Positions 8,797-18,364 of a DNA stretch of 64,000 bases are shown here, in pieces. How positions within the stretch are numbered: position 1 is the stretch's first letter; every line of letters begins with the position of its first letter. This DNA is from Candidatus Sulfotelmatobacter sp. (GTDB lineage: Bacteria > Acidobacteriota > Terriglobia > Terriglobales > Acidobacteriaceae). The notes below the pieces were generated by a model. The model had not been told where the DNA came from and ran no database searches. It worked only from the letters and a program-made list of their open reading frames with translations. The position numbers and the translations under genes were made by a program. The stretch is from NCBI GenBank assembly GCA_049800135.1, contig JBARJF010000103.1, positions 5,975 to 69,974 on the forward strand. The letters are read 5' to 3'.

Positions 8797-9486
8797 GTGC
8801 CCCCACGCACAGAATTAAGGGAAGTAATTCTCCCCGGCAGGAATATTCGCTGTGTCCTGGCGTACAACCATGTTCTATTCCGGCAAGGTCTGCGGCGTTT
8901 GCTGGAAGATGAATCCGACCTCGAAGTCGTAAGCGAAGCCGGCAACGCGGCGGAGTGCCTGCGCAAAGCTTATCAGTTCCGGCCGGACGTCGTGGTCGCG
9001 GATGCCGCAATGTTCGGACTGCCTGCGCCCGAAGTAGAGCTATGTGTGGCACGGGAATCTCCTTGCACCAAAATAGTGTTCTTGAACCTGCAGGAACAGG
9101 CCGGTTCCGCATCCGGTGGCTTGCGGGAAGCAACAGGCTATGCGGTGCGGCAAACCTCCCTGGAAGAGTTGGTGGAGATGGTTCGGAACTCATGCCGGGG
9201 CAACGCGACCGACGAGCAGGAAGCATGCTCGGGACGCAACCCGCAGGGTACGGCCGCAACGCCGTTCCCGCAAGCGCGCGCGCTCACCGCCCGCGAGCGA
9301 GAAGTGCTGAAACTGCTGGCGGAAGGAAAGACGGTGCGCGCGGCGGCCACGGTTCTGAGCTTGAGCAGCAAAACCGTAGACGCACACAAGTTCAACCTGA
9401 TGCGCAAGCTTGGAATCCACAACAAAGCCGAACTGGTGATGTGGGCGATCCAGAAGAGGGTCGTGAAGATTCCGGCCAACTTCTAG
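8797..9486 (+). CDS. NarL/LuxR-family regulator with a degenerate (pseudo-)receiver domain
   Basis: C-terminal LuxR HTH 'LTAREREVLKLLAEGKTVRAAATVLSLSSKTVDAHKFNLMRKLG'. In the REC-like N-terminus the acidic pair is 'YN' ('VLAYNH'), the phospho-Asp position is kept ('VVVADAAM'), and the conserved Lys is Arg ('GYAVR'). GTG at 8797 lies 6-7 nt after a strong AAGGAGG (8784-8790). Confidence 0.8.
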   Translation: MPPRTELREVILPGRNIRCVLAYNHVLFRQGLRRLLEDESDLEVVSEAGNAAECLRKAYQFRPDVVVADAAMFGLPAPEVELCVARESPCTKIVFLNLQEQAGSASGGLREATGYAVRQTSLEELVEMVRNSCRGNATDEQEACSGRNPQGTAATPFPQARALTAREREVLKLLAEGKTVRAAATVLSLSSKTVDAHKFNLMRKLGIHNKAELVMWAIQKRVVKIPANF

Positions 9487-9490
9487 AGGA

Positions 9491-10186
9491 TCACGACAGA
9501 GCGCAGGCGGCAAGCTCCGCCAGGCTCGACACCTGCAAGTCGGGTTGGCCTTCAACCGCTTTTACGGCGCCTACACCCGCTCGAGCCGATAGCCGGCTAA
9601 CCCATACTGTGGCCAGGCCGAGCGATTGCGCTGGCACCACGTCATGATAGAGGCTCTGGCCAACGTGCAGGACGCGGTGGGCAGGAACACCGGTGCGGTT
9701 CAGGGCGAGCTCGAAAATCTTTAACGATGGCTTGTAAGCGCGTGCCTGCTGAGCCGTAACGATCTGGTCAAATTCTGCTCCCAGCTGAGACCGTGTGGCA
9801 GCGAAAAGATCGTCGTCGACGTTGGAAATGATGGCCAGTCGAAAGCAGCTCTGCAATTCGCGGAGTGCCTTCACGGTGTCGGGCCAGGGCTTCCAATTTG
9901 GCAGCGACTCAGACAACCAACCGGCCTGCTGCTCGGTGGGCGAGAATCCGAATTGTTCTCCGAACTGCCGCACCACAGACTCGAGAACCTCGCGATAGCG
10001 GCGATACTCTCCCTGCTCGGCGCGGGCTTCGAAATCGGCGTAGAGCCGCAGGATAGTAGCGGCGTCCTCGCTCTTGCCGTGGGCCGCAAGGATGCGGCGC
10101 AGGCAGCGAAGAATTCCCTCCTCCCAGTCGATGAGAGTGCCGTAACAGTCGAAGGTGAGAAGTTCAAACTGGCGGAAGTCGAGCAT
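9491..10186 (-). CDS. HAD-superfamily hydrolase (2-haloacid dehalogenase-like subfamily)
   Basis: 231 aa with the nucleophile motif 'LLTFDCYGTLIDWE', 'ISNVDD' and a 'HVGQSLYHD' motif IV-like block. Confidence 0.8.
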   Translation of the reverse strand: MLDFRQFELLTFDCYGTLIDWEEGILRCLRRILAAHGKSEDAATILRLYADFEARAEQGEYRRYREVLESVVRQFGEQFGFSPTEQQAGWLSESLPNWKPWPDTVKALRELQSCFRLAIISNVDDDLFAATRSQLGAEFDQIVTAQQARAYKPSLKIFELALNRTGVPAHRVLHVGQSLYHDVVPAQSLGLATVWVSRLSARAGVGAVKAVEGQPDLQVSSLAELAACALS

Positions 10187-10210
10187 GGTTCGACGCCAGA
10201 CCGCGGAAAG

Positions 10211-11299
10211 CTACGATTTTAGACCAGGCAAGATCGAGGTTTCTTCGTGAGATTCACCAGCACGATCCAAATCGTTCTCAGCCTCGGCCAGGGAGGAAGA
10301 ACCGTCGGGAGGAGCGGCGGCCTTTGGAGAAAGAAACTTGGCGCTGTTCAGCAACGGGCGCCCGAGAGAAGCGTTGTAGCTGGTCCAGGGGCTCTCGAGG
10401 TCGGCCTCACGCTCGAACTGGGCGCGCATGGCCTCCATCTTGGAATCCAGATCGTCCATGTAGTGCAGCAGGAGCGCTTCGGGAAACATGGGCAGCTTGG
10501 GCGAGCCGAATTCGTACTGGCCATGGTGGCTGATGATCAGGTGTTCAAGCAGGGTCTTGAGTTCGATAGGAAAGTCCGGGACCATCGCCAGCTTCGCCTG
10601 CAACATCTCAAGTTCGATGATCATGTGCCCAAGAAGCTGGCCGCGCGTGGTGTAGGAAAACGAGCGGTTGTAGGCAAGCTCATGAATTTTGCCGATGTCG
10701 TGAAGAAATGCGCCAGTCAGAACCAAGTCGCGATTCACCTGGGGATAGTTTCTGCAGACCAGATCACACGAACGAAAAAGGGAGACCACGTGGTCGAGCA
10801 GGCCTCCGATATAAGCGTGGTGCAGGGTCTTGGCGGCGGGAGCATTGCGATACGCGGCCGCAATCTCAGGGTCGGACATGAAGGCCTGCACCAGAGACTT
10901 GAGATGTGGATTCTGAAAGGAGGCGACGAAGGCCGCCAGCGTCTGCCAGAGCTCGTCAATATTCTTGCTGGTTTTGGGAAGATAGTCGGAAAATTCGATT
11001 TCTGACTCGCCCAGCTTGCGCAGTTTGTGGACGGTGAGCTGGAAGCGGTTTTTGTATTTGTTAACCAGGCCCTTGATTTTTAGAAAATCATCCTGCTCGA
11101 AGGCATTGATCACTTCCTCCACGTTATCCCACATCTTGGCTTCGAGTTGTCCGCTGCGGTCGCCAAGCGTTAGAGCGAGATAAGGCTCACCAGTCTTTTT
11201 GGGCTTGATCTGCTTGCTGACCACCACGAAGTTGGAAGTGATGATCTTGTTTTCGTGGCGTGTGCAGTCGCTGATGTAGAACTCTTTCATTCTCCACAT
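10211..11299 (-). CDS. YhaM-like 3'-5' exoribonuclease (OB-fold + HD domain)
   Basis: N-terminal OB-fold region 'VVVSKQIKPKKTGEPYLALTLGDRSGQLEAKMWD'. HD domain 'HHAYIGGLLDHV...FLHDIGK'. Confidence 0.75.
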   Translation of the reverse strand: MWRMKEFYISDCTRHENKIITSNFVVVSKQIKPKKTGEPYLALTLGDRSGQLEAKMWDNVEEVINAFEQDDFLKIKGLVNKYKNRFQLTVHKLRKLGESEIEFSDYLPKTSKNIDELWQTLAAFVASFQNPHLKSLVQAFMSDPEIAAAYRNAPAAKTLHHAYIGGLLDHVVSLFRSCDLVCRNYPQVNRDLVLTGAFLHDIGKIHELAYNRSFSYTTRGQLLGHMIIELEMLQAKLAMVPDFPIELKTLLEHLIISHHGQYEFGSPKLPMFPEALLLHYMDDLDSKMEAMRAQFEREADLESPWTSYNASLGRPLLNSAKFLSPKAAAPPDGSSSLAEAENDLDRAGESHEETSILPGLKS

Positions 11300-11378
11300 C
11301 AGTGTAAATCAGAAAGCAGGTCGCGACGAACAATGCGGGGAGCCGGGATGAGGAAACTGGATATGGATCTGCTCTCCG

Positions 11379-12551
11379 CTAAAGAACGCCTAGCACTTTC
11401 TTTTTCTTCTTTTTAAGATTCTTGGCGTTGGGCGTTTTGGCCGCGGTTTCAATCGGCTCGGTCTCATTCGGGCTGCGGCCGGAATCGATGTAACCTGGCT
11501 TGACGTAGATCGAGGCCTCTTCGCGCAACTTGGTCAGATAGGCGCGAACCGCGGGCTCCAGCTTCTGGTAGTAAATGGCGTTTTCGATGCGGGGCTCGAC
11601 GTCCTTCAGCGCCGGGATGCCCGCGGTCTGGTGCTCGGTAACCTTCAAGATGACATATCCCTGCTTGGTCCGGATTACGTCGGTGACTTCACCGGCTTTC
11701 ATGGCGAAAGTCTTATCTTCCAGCTCCTTGGCAAGCGTACCGCGCTTGAACTCTCCAAGATCGCCGCCCTGTGCGGCCGAGGGACCATCGGAATATTTTT
11801 TCGCGATATCCTCAAAGTTCGCTCCGGCGCGAATCTGTTTGAGCAGGTCGTTGGCCTTGACTTCGGCCGCAGCCAGAGCAGCAGGGTCGTTAGCCACGTC
11901 TGGGTTTTTTTCAGGGTCGCCAGCTGCGGAGGCATTTGGATCGCCGTTCCGGGCCGACGTAGGGGCGGCGGAGTTGGCGGCGACCAGCTTCTTCGGCGCG
12001 ATCAGGATCTCGCTAAGTCTTATCGACTCGGGCTGCTTCAGCTCATCCTTGTGCTCGTCGTAAAACTTCTGTTCTTCCTCCGGGGTGATAGTGAGACGGG
12101 AGCCGACTTCCTGGCCGATCACCTTTTGAGTGATGATCTGGTTACGTATGTTCTGCTTGAAATCTTCGTAAGAGATGCCCTGTGCAGTCGCGGCTTTTTC
12201 CAGGTCCTCCATGGTGTCGAGCTTCATGTCTTTGCGCATTTGATCGAGACGCTTGATGAGGTCGGTATCGCCCGTGATGCCGAGGTCGTTGCCCTTTTCC
12301 AGCAGGAGTTGCTGGTCAATCAGATCGCGCAGGACGTCCTTCTCGCGCTCGGTGTAAAGCTTGTCGGCATTGGCCGGATCCTGCTGTTTCGCGTCATCAC
12401 GGACCTGGTCCTTGCTGCGTTGGAACTCCGAAAGAGTAATAATCTGGCCGTTGACGCGCGCGACAATTTCTTCGACTACCTGATCGGTCTGACCCGCGGC
12501 CAATGCGGGCAGACATGCGACAGCAAGGAGTAACAGAACCAGTTTCTTCAT
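11379..12551 (-). CDS. SurA/PrsA-like periplasmic chaperone with a parvulin-type peptidyl-prolyl isomerase domain
   Basis: Signal peptide 'MKKLVLLLLAVACLPALAAG' from the ATG at 12551. Parvulin block 'GGDLGEFKRGTLAKELEDKTFAMKAGEVTDVIRTKQGYVILKV'. Lys-rich tail 'KKKKKKVLGVL'. The ORF-track extension to 12794 is rejected. Confidence 0.8.
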   Translation of the reverse strand: MKKLVLLLLAVACLPALAAGQTDQVVEEIVARVNGQIITLSEFQRSKDQVRDDAKQQDPANADKLYTEREKDVLRDLIDQQLLLEKGNDLGITGDTDLIKRLDQMRKDMKLDTMEDLEKAATAQGISYEDFKQNIRNQIITQKVIGQEVGSRLTITPEEEQKFYDEHKDELKQPESIRLSEILIAPKKLVAANSAAPTSARNGDPNASAAGDPEKNPDVANDPAALAAAEVKANDLLKQIRAGANFEDIAKKYSDGPSAAQGGDLGEFKRGTLAKELEDKTFAMKAGEVTDVIRTKQGYVILKVTEHQTAGIPALKDVEPRIENAIYYQKLEPAVRAYLTKLREEASIYVKPGYIDSGRSPNETEPIETAAKTPNAKNLKKKKKKVLGVL

Positions 12552-12700
12552 AGGATTTTCGGTGGGCCGCTTCGCTGCCTGGACCCGCAGGCAGAAATCT
12601 TCTGGACATTTTACTACTTCTTGCCACTTCCGGCCGGACGCACGCCGACTTAAAATTAGGATGCGTTGGCCTGTCTGCCAGGTTGCTGAGGATGCGGGTG

Positions 12701-13474
12701 CTAGGCGGTTCGCACAAAGGTTAAGGCGGTCATGTCGTCTGGAACCAGGGGCTCGCACGTGAACTCCCCAACGCTGTTCAAAATCGATGCGCAAAGCGTT
12801 TGAGCGTTCCGCGAGGGGTCGTTCTGCAAGCGTTCCTTTACGCGTTCCAGTCCGAACTCCAGATCCTCAGACTTGTCGTCTTTGCACCTGCCCTCAACAA
12901 CGCCCCGGGAAACCAGCAGAACCACCGCGCCCTTCTCCAGAGCAACAGTGGGAGCGTCGCTGGTGGCGTGGGAGAAAAGGCCAAGCGGCAGACCCGTGGA
13001 CCCGAGTTCAATAATGCCGGAGCTGTCGCGGAGCAGGCCCGGCGTGTGCCCGGCATTGGTGTAGCAAAGAGTGCCGAATTTTTCGTGGTAGCAGCCCAGG
13101 AATGCGGGGCAGGAGTGAACCCCCTTGGCGGCTTCCATCAAGCCGCGGTTGAGTCGATGGCAGAGTGTGGTCATGGCTTCAGATTCGTTGATGTCCGGCG
13201 GCGAAAAAAGCTCGGTTCCGAGAGTTCGAAAGGCGGTCTGTGCGGCCGAGAGGATTGGCTGATTGCTCTCGCGGCGTCCAGCAACATCAAGCAGGCCAAA
13301 CAATATCCTCTCCGGACTGACGCGCAGGGAGTCATAGAAATCTCCGGCGACTCTCTTGCCGTAAGTGGTGGCAGCAATCTCCGCGCCGTTAATCTTAGGA
13401 AACTCGCCGGAAACGGCCTCCAGCACGGCTGGAGGCTCGGGCGTGCGGGAGTGGAATAGAGCGTGCATAGGCAA
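12701..13474 (-). CDS. SpoIIE/PP2C-family (RsbU-like) phosphatase domain protein, with one metal-ligand position substituted
   Basis: 'GDFYD', 'LLDVAGRR' (cf. GDVSGHG), 'YTNAGHTPGLL', 'LLLVSRGVVE' (cf. YTDGVTE), 'DDMTALTFVR'. Confidence 0.7.
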   Translation of the reverse strand: MPMHALFHSRTPEPPAVLEAVSGEFPKINGAEIAATTYGKRVAGDFYDSLRVSPERILFGLLDVAGRRESNQPILSAAQTAFRTLGTELFSPPDINESEAMTTLCHRLNRGLMEAAKGVHSCPAFLGCYHEKFGTLCYTNAGHTPGLLRDSSGIIELGSTGLPLGLFSHATSDAPTVALEKGAVVLLVSRGVVEGRCKDDKSEDLEFGLERVKERLQNDPSRNAQTLCASILNSVGEFTCEPLVPDDMTALTFVRTA

Positions 13475-13551
13475 CTGGACCTGACTCCGAAACTAGCATA
13501 GCCGCTGGCAGGGAGCAAATGAGTCCTTCCAGATTCGGGAAACGCCGGCAG

Positions 13552-14982
13552 CTACTGGCCGTATTTTTCGCTGAGATATTGGCCGACCTCGGATTCGAGC
13601 TGGCCGTAATCGGAGTGGATGGTCGTACGCAGAGCCGCCTCGGTGGAACTCCCCTGGCTGAGGAGTTGCAGAATTCGCTGGATGTCGCCCATCCCGTAAG
13701 CATCGTTGATATAGGAAACCGTAGCCAGCGATTCCGCATAGGCCAGTTGAGCTTCAGACCCGGAGAATCGCATGAAGCTCCCTTCCAGCATATTCAGCGG
13801 GATGTTGCGCTGCGACTTAAACAACTGCGCCAGTTGGGGTCCATCGCTGCCCAAAGACTTCGGCTCCAGCATCTGAGCGATGCCCTCGTGCAGCCAAATC
13901 GGGCAGCGGCCGGCGGAGATCTGATTGATGAACGAGTGCGCCAGTTCATGTCTCAAAACCCGCGCCAACTCTGGTGTCATGGAATCGAGTCCGCTGATGG
14001 GGATGCGAAGCTTGCCGTCGTTCAGGGCTCCCGACCAGGAGGGAGCGCGCGTCACGTCGAAGAAAGCCTGCTCGGTGAAGAGCGTCACCTGAATGTCATC
14101 GCGTGGGGGCGTACCCAGATCGCGCGCCAGGTCGTCGTAATCGGATTCGAGCGCCGCCAGGATTTGTGCGCGAAAGGCTTCCGATGTCTGCTTGCCCTCG
14201 TAGTGTAGAACGAAGTGGCTGCTTTCGCGCTCGGCGAAATCGCTCTCTACGGTCTGTTCACGCTGCGCCTTTGCCAGGTATTGCTGCACCGCGGGATCGG
14301 GACGCAGTTCGAGGGAATGTTTCCACGAGGCAATGGCCTCCTTGGTACGGTCGCAAGCCTGCTGGGCATAACCCAGCACGGTATAGGCATCGGGCGACTG
14401 GGGCGCAGCGATCACGGCGCGCTGAGCGTAAGACAGTGCCTGCGAAGCGTTCCCGGTACGCACCAGCAGGGCGGCGTAGTAGATAAGGACGGTGGCGTTC
14501 TCCGGCTGGAAACCAAGGGCACTGTCAAAATAGCGGCGGGCGTGATCGATGTTGCCATGCTCGAATTCGAACTTGCCGGCGATGAAGTCCGCCGTAGCGC
14601 TCAAGTCGGGACTTCCTCTGCCTTCAAGTTTCGAAACCGCGTCCGGGTCGACCTGGCCGTCCTTGATAATCGTCTTGGGAAGGTTGCCCTGGTTCGCAAG
14701 ACTGTCAACCGGAGTGAAAGTGGGCAGATCGGCGGGGGTTCTGTTGGCGCCGGATGAGACGGGGTTGCTGGCGGGCACGCCGCCGCTTTCTACGTGGTCT
14801 ACGGAACTCTTGGGAATCGCATAACTGTCGTCGCCAATTTCGTATTCATAGTGATTTCCGCTTTCCTGGACATGGTCGGCGGGGATGGCGTGGCCATTCT
14901 TCAAATGGATCGTGTCAGCCGACGCTGCCGCGGAGGCAAGCACTATCCCTATGGCGAACAAACTAGTGACACGAAGCTGCAT
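13552..14982 (-). CDS. Secreted TPR-repeat protein with a C-terminal HExxH (MA-clan-like) metallopeptidase region
   Basis: Signal peptide 'MQLRVTSLFAIGIVLASAAASA' from the ATG at 14982. TPR-like helical repeats in the middle. 'VLRHELAHSFINQ...WLHEGIAQMLE' near the C-terminus. Confidence 0.65.
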   Translation of the reverse strand: MQLRVTSLFAIGIVLASAAASADTIHLKNGHAIPADHVQESGNHYEYEIGDDSYAIPKSSVDHVESGGVPASNPVSSGANRTPADLPTFTPVDSLANQGNLPKTIIKDGQVDPDAVSKLEGRGSPDLSATADFIAGKFEFEHGNIDHARRYFDSALGFQPENATVLIYYAALLVRTGNASQALSYAQRAVIAAPQSPDAYTVLGYAQQACDRTKEAIASWKHSLELRPDPAVQQYLAKAQREQTVESDFAERESSHFVLHYEGKQTSEAFRAQILAALESDYDDLARDLGTPPRDDIQVTLFTEQAFFDVTRAPSWSGALNDGKLRIPISGLDSMTPELARVLRHELAHSFINQISAGRCPIWLHEGIAQMLEPKSLGSDGPQLAQLFKSQRNIPLNMLEGSFMRFSGSEAQLAYAESLATVSYINDAYGMGDIQRILQLLSQGSSTEAALRTTIHSDYGQLESEVGQYLSEKYGQ

Positions 14983-15056
14983 TGAAGCGCATTCTAGCAA
15001 CTGTGGGGATGAGCACCTACGTAACGAAAGTACCGACAACCCCGCGCAGAGTGGGC

Positions 15057-17618
15057 ATGGCGTTGGTCGCATGCCTTGCCGTTTTGGCGTTCCCGACTTG
15101 CGGGGCGCAAACGGTTCAAGCGCAGGCGCGCCGGCCGGGGCCGGCGGAGTCGCTCTATCTGCAGTTGAGCAGTATCGGGTTGGATCCTGCGCGGGTGTTC
15201 GGGGTGCGGGAAGCGTCGCTGGACCGGGCTGCGATTCATATCACTCTCGAAGATGGCACCATCGCCTTCACCAAGGATGTTCTGGGCAGGATCACCGGGG
15301 CATTTTTCGAGGGCGATGGCGAAGTGCTGCTGGTTCCCCCCAACGATGTAGAACGCAGATCGATGAGCCTATTCACCGGGATGCCAATCCTCGAGGAACG
15401 CTTCTCGACGGCCTACTTGCGCTTCAACGACAACACCGCCTCTGAGTTGCAGCCGGGGCTTAGGGCGCCGGAGGATGCCCAAGAGTTTGTCGCGCGGTGG
15501 GATGAGACGGCCCGCAATCTGGCGCAGGAGGATGCCATGAGATTGCTGATGAGTTTCAGCAAGATGCTACCTCTTGCCGGCGGAGGAATCTCCAGAGATT
15601 CAGCCCCCACAAGAGCTGCGGATCCCAACGATCACCTGTTGCATGCCCGGCTGCAGGGAGACAAACTCGGCGTTTTCGACGTTTTGTTCGACTCCGCGGC
15701 CGGGGAACAAATCGAGGCAGGTCAACCCAAGGCCACGGAAAACGGGACAGTGTATTACAACGTCTGGACTTCATTTTCGATCGAAGATGCCGGCCGACCC
15801 CGGTCGGGCCACGGACAGTCGCTTCAGAATCCGCCGCCGGAAACCGAATCTCAGGAGGATCCGATTTCTGTCCGCAGCTATAAGATTGATGCTCACGTAA
15901 AACCTCCGAAACGCTTGGATGCGCAGGTGGAACTGGAGCTCGATGTCGCGCGGGGAGGATTGCGTTTTCTGGCGTTCGAACTATCCCACTTTCTGAAGAT
16001 CCAAGCCGTTGAGGCTGACGGCAAAGCGGTGGAATTTATTCAAAACCCCGCAGTGGAAGGCACCCGGCTGGCGCGCAGCGGCAACAACCTGGTGGCCGTG
16101 ATTCTGCCCGAACCGCTACGCCAGGGACAGAAGATGAACCTGCGCTTCGTCTATGGCGGAGAGGTCCTGGCGGAGGCTGGCGACAAGGGCCTGCTCTACG
16201 TTGGTGCGCGCGGCACGTGGTACCCCAATCGCGGAATGGACATGGCCGATTTCGACCTTACCTTCCACTATCCGCCGGGTTGGACTCTTCTGGCGACGGG
16301 CAAACCAATGCCACTGGCACCGCCAACAACTTCGCCGCAGGACGCAGACGACGAGCAAGTGTCGCGATGGGTTTCGGAACGGCCCTTACCCGTAGCCGGG
16401 TTTAACCTTGGCAAATACGTTCGAGGCGCCGCACAAGCCGGAAGTGTCACCGTGGAAGCCTACGCCACGGCCGGCGTGGAACGAGACTTCCCCAAGCCCC
16501 CGCTACCAACACTGCCCGTCGACCAGAAGCCGGCGTTGCGGCCTCAACCCCCTCCAGTGTTGATCGATCCGCTTCCGCCTTCGCCGGCGCGGAGTACGAC
16601 GGCTGTGGCCGACGCTACCGCTCGGGCCATTGAATACTATGCCGAGCGGTTCGGTCCATTTCCTTACAGTCATTTGGCATTGACTCAGTTACCGGGGCAG
16701 GAGAGCCAGGGCTGGCCAGGCTTGATCTTCCTTTCCTCCTACGCCTTTCTGACTCCGGAGCAGCGCCGGGATCTCCACATGAATGCTGCAGCCGCACTGA
16801 TTGACGAACTGGTTCCCGCGCACGAAACCGCGCACCAGTGGTGGGGAGACCTTGTCACTTGGGCCACCTACCGTGACCAGTGGTTTTCGGAGGGTCTGGC
16901 AAACTATAGCGCGTTGATGATGCTGCAAGAGAAAGACCCGGAAGGTTTCCGGCTGATCATGGAGAAATATCGACGGGACTTGGCCGATAAGGATGAAAAC
17001 GGCAACTTTCCCAGGGATGCCGGTCCCGTGACCTTGGGAAGCCGCCTCCTTTCTTCTCGTTTTCCCGAAGCGTACAACGTGATCAGCTACGGGCGGGGAA
17101 CATGGTTGTTCCACATGCTGCGCTCGATGTTGCAGGACGCAGCCGAGGTGGATGAGAGAAAAGAGCCGAGCCGCGCAGCAGTGGAGGAACCGTTCGTGCG
17201 GTCTCTGCGCAAACTTCGTGAGCGCTACCAGGGAAAAGCCATTAGCACCCGCGAACTGCTGGACGTTTTTGCGGAGGATCTGCCGCCTTCGTTGCGATAT
17301 CAAGGCAAAGCTTCGCTCGACTGGTTCCTGGATGGCTGGGTGAACGGCACCTCTCTGCCCAGGCTGGAGTTGCACGCAGTTAAGTTCGTGGCAAAGGCGA
17401 AGGCTACGCTGGTCTCGGGGGTGATACGGCAAGAGGATGCGCCGGATAATCTGGTGACGTCCGTCCCTCTTTATGCCGTGGTGCATGGCAGGGCTCCGGT
17501 GTTATTGGGCAGGGTATTTGCCGACGGGGCCGAATCTTCTTTTCGCTTGTCCGCACCCGTGGGCACACACAAGCTCTTGCTCGATCCCAACGAAACCATC
17601 CTGACCGCTCCAAAGTAA
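15057..17618 (+). CDS. M1-family (aminopeptidase N-like) zinc metallopeptidase, secreted
   Basis: Gluzincin signature 'HETAHQWWGD' followed by 'WFSEGLANY'. Signal peptide 'MALVACLAVLAFPTCGAQ' from the ATG at 15057. Confidence 0.85.
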   Translation: MALVACLAVLAFPTCGAQTVQAQARRPGPAESLYLQLSSIGLDPARVFGVREASLDRAAIHITLEDGTIAFTKDVLGRITGAFFEGDGEVLLVPPNDVERRSMSLFTGMPILEERFSTAYLRFNDNTASELQPGLRAPEDAQEFVARWDETARNLAQEDAMRLLMSFSKMLPLAGGGISRDSAPTRAADPNDHLLHARLQGDKLGVFDVLFDSAAGEQIEAGQPKATENGTVYYNVWTSFSIEDAGRPRSGHGQSLQNPPPETESQEDPISVRSYKIDAHVKPPKRLDAQVELELDVARGGLRFLAFELSHFLKIQAVEADGKAVEFIQNPAVEGTRLARSGNNLVAVILPEPLRQGQKMNLRFVYGGEVLAEAGDKGLLYVGARGTWYPNRGMDMADFDLTFHYPPGWTLLATGKPMPLAPPTTSPQDADDEQVSRWVSERPLPVAGFNLGKYVRGAAQAGSVTVEAYATAGVERDFPKPPLPTLPVDQKPALRPQPPPVLIDPLPPSPARSTTAVADATARAIEYYAERFGPFPYSHLALTQLPGQESQGWPGLIFLSSYAFLTPEQRRDLHMNAAAALIDELVPAHETAHQWWGDLVTWATYRDQWFSEGLANYSALMMLQEKDPEGFRLIMEKYRRDLADKDENGNFPRDAGPVTLGSRLLSSRFPEAYNVISYGRGTWLFHMLRSMLQDAAEVDERKEPSRAAVEEPFVRSLRKLRERYQGKAISTRELLDVFAEDLPPSLRYQGKASLDWFLDGWVNGTSLPRLELHAVKFVAKAKATLVSGVIRQEDAPDNLVTSVPLYAVVHGRAPVLLGRVFADGAESSFRLSAPVGTHKLLLDPNETILTAPK

Positions 17619-17794
17619 ACCCCAGGATTCTCGAGAGCGATGCCGGCCAATCTCTCCTGATTTCGGAAGGGTTGGTGTTGGCGTGTCCTGGAACGGGACA
17701 TGAGATTGCTATAAAGCTCCCTTTGCACTGCACCTTCTGCGGAGTAAATGACTGATTGCCTTCACTTGCGTCGCATTGTACTGAAAACCTGACG

Positions 17795-18364
17795 ATGGCA
17801 ACTGAGCTGCTGGATGGCGGACATAGTCCAGGAGCGAAAAGTTTGAATTCTTGCGCAGAAGTCGAGAGCGCGAACCAAACCAGCGAAACGCACAGTCCGC
17901 CGGGCATCGAACCAGGGGTCGCGACGGAATTGATGACAGTGCCCGCGTTCGCCGAATCCGGCCAGTGGGGTGGGCCGGAAACGATTCTCCTGGTGGAAGA
18001 CGAAGCGTTTGTGCGGAAAGCGACGGCCGAGGTTCTCGAGTCAGCCGGATACAGACTGGTGATCGCCAGAAGCGCAGTCGAAGCATTGGATGCTTGCCAG
18101 GGCTGTTCCCAGCCGGTCGATCTGCTTCTCGCCGATATCGTCATGCCCGGGATGAACGGGCGTGAACTGGCAACGGAATTCGAAACCTTGAATCCACGCT
18201 CCCGGGTTCTGCTGATGAGCGGCTATGCTGAGCAACTCGCGGTGTGTGAGTTATCTCCCAATGGAAAGCAGTACCTGGCCAAGCCCTTCTCGATGCGTAC
18301 GCTCCTGACGAAAGTGCGCCAGGTGTTGGACATGAACCCATTTAGTTCGGGAGCTCCGGCTTAA
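17795..18364 (+). CDS. CheY-like single-domain response regulator with a ~60-aa N-terminal extension
   Basis: 'ILLVEDEAFV', phospho-acceptor 'LLLADIVMPGMNG', 'LLMSGY', 'KPF'. The start is uncertain (ATG 17795 vs TTG 17756). Confidence 0.8.
   Translation: MATELLDGGHSPGAKSLNSCAEVESANQTSETHSPPGIEPGVATELMTVPAFAESGQWGGPETILLVEDEAFVRKATAEVLESAGYRLVIARSAVEALDACQGCSQPVDLLLADIVMPGMNGRELATEFETLNPRSRVLLMSGYAEQLAVCELSPNGKQYLAKPFSMRTLLTKVRQVLDMNPFSSGAPA

Noticed and set aside
9040-9075. TGGCAC...TTGCA string resembling a sigma54 -24/-12 element
   Set aside because: The GG-to-GC spacing is about 5 nt too long, and the site lies inside the coding region of the LuxR-type gene.
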